Below are positions 1 to 9,075 of a DNA stretch of 64,000 nucleotides, one piece after another. Under the pieces are notes generated by a model. The model ran no database searches and was not told where the DNA came from. It saw only the letters and a list, made by a program, of their open reading frames with translations. Source of the DNA: Eledone cirrhosa (Eukaryota); assembly GCA_964016885.1 (NCBI GenBank), contig OZ024742.1:168454001-168518000 (forward strand), written 5' to 3'. Within the stretch, counting starts at the first letter, position 1; each line of letters starts with the position of its first letter. A program made the translations under genes and the position numbers.

Positions 1-303
1 ATTTAAAAAATCCATTAAAAAAAATCCATTAAAAAAAACCATTAAAAAATCCATTAAAAAAAATCCCATTAAAAATACATTAAAAATCCATTAAAAATCC
101 ATTAAAAAATCCATTAAAAATCCATTAAAAATCCATTAAAAATCCATTAAAAAATCCATTAAAAAAAATCCATTAAAAAAATCCATTAAAAAATCCATTT
201 AAAAAATCCATTTAAAAAAATCCATTAAAAAAAATCCATTAAAAAAAATCCATTAAAAAAAATCCATTAAAAAAAAAATCCGTTAAAAAAAATCCATTAA
301 AAA

Positions 304-509
304 CTCAATCAAACACCCAATTAAAAGGCCATAAAAGAAACATTAAAACAGCATTTAAAATACCATTAAAAACGCCATAAAAAATCATTAAAATTGTTTT
401 TTATGAAATTTATAATATGGCTTTTAATGAACTTTTTAATGGGCTTTTAGAATCATTAAAATCCCATTAAAAATACATTAAAGGCCCATTAAAAACGCCA
501 TAAAAAATC
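304..509 (+). repeat. Full diverged cassette (prototype): old degenerate monomers + inverted island + right flank
   Basis: CTCAATCAAACACCCAATTAAAAGGCCATAAAAGAAACATTAAAACAGCATTTAAAATACCATTAAAAACGCCATAAAAAATCATTAAAAT-[island]-AATCATTAAAATCCCATTAAAAATACATTAAAGGCCCATTAAAAACGCCATAAAAAATC; recurs around each of the 28 islands. Confidence 0.93.
394..450 (-). repeat. Inverted 57-bp island, type C (GAAC, long right flank)
   Basis: TTGTTTTTTATGAAATTTATAATATGGCTTTTAATGAACTTTTTAATGGGCTTTTAG; its reverse complement reads as degenerate satellite monomers. Confidence 0.93.
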
Positions 510-969
510 CATTAAAAAAAATCCATTAAAAAAAAATTCAATCAAAAACCCATAAAAGAAACATTAAAACAGCATTTAAAAAACCCATTAAAAATTCATT
601 AAAAAAATCCATTTAAAAAATCCATTAAAAATCCATTAAAAATCCATTAAAAATCCATTAAAAAAATCCATTAAAAAAAATCCATTAAAAAATCCATTAA
701 AAATCCATTAAAAATCCATTAAAAAATCCATTTAAAAAACCCATTAAAAAAATCCATTTAAAAAATCCATTTAAAAAATCCATTAAAAAAAATCCATTTA
801 AAAAAACCCATTAAAAAAAATCCATTAAGAAAATCCATTTAAAAAATCCATTAAAAAAAATCCATTAAAAAAAATCCATAAAAAAAAATCCATTAAAAAA
901 AATCCATTAAAAAAAAATCCGTTAAAAAAAATCCATTAAAAAAAAATCCGTTCAAAAAATCCATTAAAA

Positions 970-1047
970 GCTCAATCCCATTAAAAACGCCATAAAAATC
1001 ATTAAAATCCAATTAAAGATACATTAAAGGCCCATTAAAAACGCCAT
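970..1047 (+). repeat. Empty-site cassette E (single AATCATTAAAAT, no island)
   Basis: GCTCAATCCCATTAAAAACGCCATAAAAATCATTAAAATCCAATTAAAGATACATTAAAGGCCCATTAAAAACGCCAT. Confidence 0.9.
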
Positions 1048-2358
1048 AAAAAATCCATTAAAAAAATCCATTAAAAAAACTCAATCAAAAACCCATAAAA
1101 GAAACATTAAAACAGCATTTAAAAAATCCATTAAAAATCCATTAAAAAAATCCATTTAATAAAATCCATTAAAAAATCCATTAAAAATCCATTAAAAATC
1201 CATTAAAAATCCATTAAAAATCCATTAAAAATCCATTAAAAAATCCATTTAAAAAAATCCATTAAAAAAATCCATTAAAAAAATCCATTAAAAAAAGCCA
1301 TTAAAAAAATCCATTTAAAAAAAGCCATTAAAAAAATCCATTAAAAAAAAATCCATTAAAAATCCATTAAAAAAATCCATTTAAAAAAATCCATTAAAAA
1401 CCCATTAAAAATCCATTAAAAAATCCATTAAAAAACCCATTAAAAAAAATCCATTAGAAATATCCATTTAAAAAATCCATTAAAAAAAAATCCATTTAAA
1501 AAACCCATTAAAAAAAATCCATTTAAAAAATCCATTTAAAAAATCCATTTAAAAAATCCATTAAAAAAATCCATTTAAAAAATCCATAAAAAAAAACCAT
1601 TAAAAAAAATCCATTAAAAAAAAATCCATTAAAAAAAATCCATTAAAAAAAATCCATTAAAAATCCATTAAAAAAATCCATTTAAAAAAATCCATTAAAA
1701 ATCCATTAAAAACCCATTAAAAATCCATTAAAAATCCATTAAAAATCCATTAAAAAATCCATTTAAAAAACCCATTAAAAAAATCCATTAAAAAATCCAT
1801 TTAAAAATCCAGTAAAAAAAATCCATTTAAAAAAACCCATTAAAAAAAATCCATTAAAAAAATCCATTTAAAAAATCCATAAAAAAAAATCCATAAAAAA
1901 AATCCATTAAAAAAAATCCATTAAAAAAAAAATCCGTTAAAAAAAATCCATTAAAAATCCATTAAAAATCCATTAAAAATCCATTAAAAATCCATTAAAA
2001 ATCCATTTAAAAAAATCCATTAAAAAAATCCATTAAAAAAATCCATTTAAAAAATCCATTAAAAAAAATCCATTAAAAAAAAATCCATTAAAAAAAATCC
2101 ATTAAAAAAAATCAATTTAAAAAAATCCATTAAAAATCCATTAAAAAAATCCATTTAAAAAAATCCATTAAAAACCCATTAAAAATCCATTAAAAATCCA
2201 TTAAAAAATCCATTTAAAAAAACCATTAAAAAAAATCCATTAAAAAAATCCATTTAAAAAATCCATTAAAAAAAAATCCATTAAAAAAAACCCATAAAAA
2301 AAAATCCATTAAAAAAATCCATTTAAAAAATCCATTAAAAAAAATCCATTAAAAAAAA

Positions 2359-2399
2359 CTCAATCAAAAACCCATAAAAGAAACATTAAAACAGCATTT
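2359..2399 (+). repeat. Short diverged 41-bp island CTCAATCAAAAACCCATAAAAGAAACATTAAAACAGCATTT (example; dozens of copies across the window)
   Basis: Recurs near 537, 1080, 2681, 3277, 3475, 7845, 12839 and up to ~63920, with TTCAATC- and -CACATAA- variants. Confidence 0.9.
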
Positions 2400-3107
2400 A
2401 AAAAATCCATTAAAAATCCATTAAAAAAATCCATTTAAAAAATCCATTAAAAAATCCATTAAAAATCCATTAAAAATCCATTAAAAAATCCATTTAAAAA
2501 AATCCATTGAAAAAATCCATTTAAAAAATCCATTAAAAAATCCATTTAAAAAATCCATTAAAAAAAATCCATTAAAAAAAACCATTAAAAAATCCATTAA
2601 AAAAAATCCCATTAAAAATACATTAAAGGCCCATTAAAAACGCCATAAAAAATCCATTAAAAAAATCCATTAAAAAAAAACTCAATCAAAAACCCATAAA
2701 AGAAACATTAAAACAGCATTTAAAAAATCCATTAAAAAAATCCATTTAAAAAAATCCATTAAAAAATCCATTAAAAATCCATTAAAAATCCATTAAAAAT
2801 CCATTAAAAATCCATTAAAAAATCCATTAAAAATCCATTAAAAATCCATTAAAAATCCATTAAAAAATCCATTTAAAAAAATCCATTAAAAAAATCCATT
2901 AAAAAATCCATTTAAAAAATCCATTTAAAAAAATCCATTAAAAAAAATCCATTAAAAAAAAATCCATTAAAAAAAATCCATTAAAAAAAAAATCCGTTAA
3001 AAAAAATCCATTAAAAACTCAATCAAACACCCAATTAAAAGGCCATAAAAGAAACATTAAAACAGCATTTAAAATACCATTAAAAACGCCATAAAAAATC
3101 ATTAAAA

Positions 3108-3164
3108 TTGTTTTTTATGAAATTTATAATATGGCTTTTAATGAACTTTTTAATGGGCTTTTAG
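3108..3164 (-). repeat. Inverted island, type C' (GAAC, short right flank AAGGCCATA)
   Basis: Same 57-mer; right flank lacks 13 bp. Confidence 0.92.
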
Positions 3165-3817
3165 AATCATTAAAATCCCATTAAAAATACATTAAAGGCC
3201 ATAAAAAATCCATTAAAAAAAATCCATTAAAAAAATCCATTTAAAAAATCCATTAAAAAAAATCCATTAAAAAAAACTCAATCAAAAACCCATAAAAGAA
3301 ACATTAAAACAGCATTTAAAAAATCCATTAAAAATCCATTAAAAAAATCCATTTAAAAAATCCATTAAAAAATCCATTAAAAATCCATTAAAAATCCATT
3401 AAAAAATCCATTAAAAAAAATCCATTAAAAAAATCCATTTAAAAAATCCATTAAAAAAAATCCATTAAAAAAAACTCAATCAAAAACCCATAAAAGAAAC
3501 ATTAAAACAGCATTTAAAAAATCCATTAAAAATCCATTAAAAAAATCCATTTAAAAAATCCATTAAAAAATCCATTAAAAATCCATTAAAAATCCATTAA
3601 AAAATCCATTAAAAAATCCATTTAAAAAATCCATTTAAAAAAATCCATTAAAAAAAATCCATTAAAAAAAAATCCATTAAAAAAAATCCATTAAAAAAAA
3701 AATCCGTTAAAAAAAATCCATTAAAAACTCAATCAAACACCCAATTAAAAGGCCATAAAAGAAACATTAAAACAGCATTTAAAATACCATTAAAAACGCC
3801 ATAAAAAATCATTAAAA

Positions 3818-3874
3818 TTGTTTTTTATGAAATTTATAATATGGCTTTTAATGAACTTTTTAATGGGCTTTTAG
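3818..3874 (-). repeat. Inverted island, type C'
   Basis: Same 57-mer, 710 bp after the previous copy. Confidence 0.92.
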
Positions 3875-4554
3875 AATCATTAAAATCCCATTAAAAATAC
3901 ATTAAAGGCCATAAAAAATCCATTAAAAAAAATCCATTAAAAAAAAATTCAATCAAAAACCCATAAAAGAAACATTAAAACAGCATTTAAAAAACCCATT
4001 AAAAATTCATTAAAAAAATCCATTTAAAAAATCCATTAAAAATCCATTAAAAATCCATTAAAAATCCATTAAAAATCCATTAAAAATAATCCATTAAAAA
4101 AAAATTCAATCAAAAACCCATAAAAGAAACATTAAAACAGCATTTAAAAAATCCATTAAAAAAAATCCATTTAAAAAAATCCATTAAAAAAGCCATTAAA
4201 AATCCATTAAAAATCCATTAAAAAAAAATCCATTAAAAAAATCCATTAAAAATCCATTAAAAAAATCCATTTAAAAAAATCCATTAAAAAATCCATTAAA
4301 AATCCATTAAAAATCCATTAAAAAATCCATTTAAAAAACCCATTAAAAAAATCCATTTAAAAAATCCATTTAAAAAATCCATTAAAAAAAATCCATTTAA
4401 AAAAACCCATTAAAAAAAATCCATTAAGAAAATCCATTTAAAAAATCCATTAAAAAAAATCCATTAAAAAAAATCCATTAAAAAAAATCCATTAAAAAAA
4501 AATCCGTTAAAAAAAATCCATTAAAAAAAAATCCGTTAAAAAAATCCATTAAAA

Positions 4555-4632
4555 GCTCAATCCCATTAAAAACGCCATAAAAATCATTAAAATCCAATTA
4601 AAGATACATTAAAGGCCCATTAAAAACGCCAT
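4555..4632 (+). repeat. Empty-site cassette E
   Basis: Matches 970-1047. Confidence 0.9.
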
Positions 4633-5422
4633 AAAAAATCCATTAAAAAAATCCATTAAAAAAACTCAATCAAAAACCCATAAAAGAAACATTAAAACAG
4701 CATTTAAAAAATCCATTAAAAATCCATTAAAAAAATCCATTTAATAAAATCCATTAAAAAATCCATTAAAAATCCATTAAAAATCCATTAAAAATCCATT
4801 AAAAATCCATTAAAAATCCATTAAAAAACCCATTTAAAAAAATCCATTAAAAAAATCCATTAAAAAAATCCATTAAAAAAAGCCATTAAAAAAATCCATT
4901 TAAAAAAAGCCATTAAAAAAATCCATTAAAAAAAAATCCATTAAAAATCCATTAAAAAAATCCATTTAAAAAAATCCATTAAAAACCCATTAAAAATCCA
5001 TTAAAAAATCCATTAAAAAACCCATTAAAAAAAATCCATTAGAAAAATCCATTTAAAAAATCCATTAAAAAAAAATCCATTTAAAAAACCCATTAAAAAA
5101 AATCCATTAAAAAAATCCATTTAAAAAATCCATTAAAAAAATCCATTAAAAAAATCCATTTAAAAAATCCATAAAAAAAACCCATTAAAAAAAATCCATT
5201 AAAAAAAAATCCATTAAAAAAAATCCATTAAAAAAAATCCATTAAAAATCCATTAAAAAAAATCCATTTAAAAAAAATTCATTAAAAAATCCATTAAAAA
5301 TCCATTAAAAATCCATTTAAAAAAATCCATTTAAAAAATCCATTTAAAAAACCCATTACAAAAAATACATTAAAAAAAATCCATAAAAAAAAAAGCCATT
5401 AAAAAAAATCCATTAAAAAAAA

Positions 5423-5576
5423 TCTATTAAAAATCCATTAAAAATCCATTAAAAATCCATTAAAAATCCATTAAAAATCCATTAAAAATCCATTAAAAAG
5501 CCATTAAAAATCCATTAAAATCCATTAAAAATCCATTAAAAATCCATTAAAAATCCATTAAAAATCCATTAAAAAA
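5423..5576 (+). repeat. Run of about 14 near-perfect 11-bp monomers (phased A5 tracts)
   Basis: TCTATTAAAAA, (TCCATTAAAAA)x6, GCCATTAAAAA, TCCATTAAAA, (TCCATTAAAAA)x4...; the same block recurs in other HOR copies, e.g. ~10643, 16937, 19720, 25164, 31501, 43180, 49004. Confidence 0.88.
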
Positions 5577-6679
5577 TCCATTTAAAAAAATCCATTAAAA
5601 AATCCATTAAAAAATCCATTTAAAAAATCCATTAAAAAAATCCATTAAAAAAAAATCCATTAAAAAAAAAATCCATTAAAAAAAATCAATTTAAAAAAAT
5701 CCATTAAAAATACATTAAAAAAATCCATTTAAAAAAATCCATTAAAAACCCATTAAAAACCCATTAAAAATCCATTAAAAATCCATTTAAAAAACCCATT
5801 AAAAAAAATCCATTAAAAAAAATCCATTTAAAAAATCCATTAAAAAAAATCCATTAAAAAAACCCATTAAAAAAATCCATTAAAAAAATCCATTTAAAAA
5901 ATCCATTAAAAAAAATTCATTAAAAAAAAATCCATAAAAAAATCCATTAAAAAAATCCATTTAAAAAAATCCATTAAAAAAAATCCATTAAAAATCCATT
6001 AAAAAAATCCATTAAAAAAAATCCATTAAAAAATCCATTAAAAAACCCATTAAAAATCCATTAAAAATCCATTAAAAATCCATTTAAAAAACCCATTAAA
6101 AAAATCCATTTAAAAAACCCATTAAAAAAAGCCATTAAAAAATCCATTTAAAAAATCCATTAAAAAAAATCCATTTAAAACAACCCATTAAAAAAAATCC
6201 ATTAAAAAAAACCCATTAAAAAAAATCCATTAAAAAAATCCATTTAAAAAATCCATTAAAAAAAATCCATTAAAAAAAATCCATAAAAAAATCCATTAAA
6301 AAAATCCATTAAAAATCCATTAAAAAAAATCCATTTAAAAAAGCCATTAAAAAATCCATTAAAAATCCATTAAAAATCCATTTAAAAAACCCATTAAAAA
6401 ATCCATTAAAAAAATCCATTTAAAAAATCCATTAAAAAAAATCCATTTAAAAAAACCCATTTAAAAAAATCCATTAAAAAAATCCATTTAAAAAATCCAT
6501 TAAAAAAAATCCATTAAAAAAATCCATTAAAAAAATCCATTAAAAAAAATCCATTAAAAAAAAATCCGTTAAAAAAAATCCATTAAAAACTCAATCAAAA
6601 ACCCAATTAAAAGGCCATAAAAGAAACATTAAAACAGCATTTAAAATACCATTAAAAACGCCATAAAAAATCATTAAAA

Positions 6680-6736
6680 TTGTTTTTTATGAAATTTATA
6701 ATATGGCTTTTAATGAATTTTTTAATGGGCTTTTAG
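6680..6736 (-). repeat. Inverted island, type B (GAAT)
   Basis: C>T variant, linked to AAAAACCCAATT upstream and AAAACACATAA downstream. Confidence 0.92.
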
Positions 6737-8421
6737 AATCATTAAAATCCCATTAAAAATACATTAAAGGCCCATTAAAAACGCCATAAAAAATCCATTA
6801 AAAAAATCCATTAAAAAAAAACTCAATCAAAAACACATAAAAGAAACATTAAAACAGCATTTAAAAAATCCATTAAAAATCCATTAAAAAAAAATCCATT
6901 AAAAAAATCCATTAAAAATCCATTAAAAAAATCCATTTAAAAAAATCCATTAAAAAATCCATTAAAAACCCATTAAAAATCCATTAAAAATCCATTAAAA
7001 ATCCATTAAAAAATCCATTTAAAAAACCCATTAAAAAAATCCATTAAAAAATCCATTTAAAAATCCATTAAAAAAAATCCATTTAAAAAAACCCATTAAA
7101 AAAAATCCATTAAAAAAATCCATTTAAAAAATCCATAAAAAAAAATCCATAAAAAAAATCCATTTAAAAAATCCATTAAAAAAAATCCATTAAAAAAACC
7201 CATTAAAAAAATCCATTAAAAAAATCCATTTAAAAAATCCATTAAAAAAAATTCATTAAAAAAAAATCCATTAAAAAAATCCATTTAAAAAAATCCATTA
7301 AAAAAAATCCATTAAAAATCCATTAAAAAAATCCATTAAAAAAAATCCATTAAAAAATCCATTAAAAAACCCATTAAAAATCCATTAAAAATCCATTAAA
7401 AATCCATTAAAAATCCATTTAAAAAACCCATTAAAAAAATCCATTTAAAAAACCCATTAAAAAAAGCCATTAAAAAATCCATTTAAAAAATCCATTAAAA
7501 AAAATCCATTTAAAACAACCCATTAAAAAAAATCCATTAAAAAAACCCATTAAAAAAAATCCATTAAAAAAATCCATTTAAAAAATCCATTAAAAAAAAT
7601 CCATTAAAAAAAATCCATAAAAAAATCCATTAAAAAAATCCATTAAAAATCCATTAAAAAAAATCCATTTAAAAAAGCCATTAAAAAATCCATTAAAAAT
7701 CCATTAAAAATCCATTAAAAAATCCATTTAAAAAAACCATTAAAAAAAATCCATTAAAAAAATCCATTTAAAAAATCCATTAAAAAAAAATCCATTAAAA
7801 AAATCCATTTAAAAAATCCATTAAAAAAAATCCATTAAAAAAAACTCAATCAAAAACCCATAAAAGAAACATTAAAACAGCATTTAAAAAATCCATTAAA
7901 AATCCATTAAAAGAATCCATTTAAAAAATCCATTAAAAAATCCATTAAAAATCCATTAAAAATCCATTAAAAAATCCATTTAAAAAAATCCATTAAAAAA
8001 ATCCTTTAAAAAATCCATTAAAAAATCCATTTAAAAAATCCATTAAAAAAAATCCATTAAAAAAAACCATTAAAAAATCCATTAAAAAAAATCCCATTAA
8101 AAATACATTAAAAATCCATTAAAAATCCATTAAAAAATCCATTAAAAATCCATTAAAAATCCATTAAAAATCCATTAAAAAATCCATTAAAAAAAATCCA
8201 TTAAAAAAATCCATTAAAAAATCCATTTAAAAAATCCATTTAAAAAAATCCATTAAAAAAAATCCATTAAAAAAAATCCATTAAAAAAAATCCATTAAAA
8301 AAAAAATCCGTTAAAAAAAATCCATTAAAAACTCAATCAAACACCCAATTAAAAGGCCATAAAAGAAACATTAAAACAGCATTTAAAATACCATTAAAAA
8401 CGCCATAAAAAATCATTAAAA

Positions 8422-8478
8422 TTGTTTTTTATGAAATTTATAATATGGCTTTTAATGAACTTTTTAATGGGCTTTTAG
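8422..8478 (-). repeat. Inverted island, type C
   Basis: Same 57-mer. Confidence 0.92.
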
Positions 8479-8997
8479 AATCATTAAAATCCCATTAAAA
8501 ATACATTAAAGGCCCATTAAAAACGCCATAAAAAATCCATTAAAAAAAATCCATTAAAAAAAAATTCAATCAAAAACCCATAAAAGAAACATTAAAACAG
8601 CATTCAAAAAACCCATTAAAAATTCATTAAAAAAATCCATTTAAAAAATCCATTAAAAATCCATTAAAAATCCATTAAAAATCCATTAAAAAAATCCATT
8701 TAAAAAAATCCATTAAAAAATCCATTAAAAATCCATTAAAAATCCATTAAAAAATCCATTTAAAAAACCCATTAAAAAAATCCATTTAAAAAATCCATTT
8801 AAAAAATCCATTAAAAAAAATCCATTTAAAAAAAACCATTAAAAAAAATCCATTAAGAAAATCCATTTAAAAAATCCATTAAAAAAAATCCATTAAAAAA
8901 AATCCATAAAAAAAAATCCATTAAAAAAAATCCATTAAAAAAAAATCCGTTAAAAAAAATCCATTAAAAAAAAATCCGTTCAAAAAATCCATTAAAA

Positions 8998-9075
8998 GCT
9001 CAATCCCATTAAAAACGCCATAAAAATCATTAAAATCCAATTAAAGATACATTAAAGGCCCATTAAAAACGCCAT
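8998..9075 (+). repeat. Empty-site cassette E
   Basis: Matches 970-1047. Confidence 0.9.

Noticed and set aside
408-420. TATAAT (-10 box or TATA-like) followed by ATG in the island
   Set aside because: This is expected by chance in very AT-rich DNA. There is no credible -35 element, and the ATG at 417 reads ATG GCT TTT AAT GAA CTT TTT AAT GGG CTT TTA GAA TCA TTA AAA TCC CAT TAA, only 17 codons with no supporting evidence.
383-462. MITE or SINE call for the island
   Set aside because: It has no terminal inverted repeats and no Pol III A/B boxes, its sequence derives from the satellite itself, and all copies share one insertion context.
419-486. Rho-independent terminator
   Set aside because: The stem is long and AT-rich rather than short and GC-rich, there is no upstream gene, and T-runs on the minus strand are ubiquitous.
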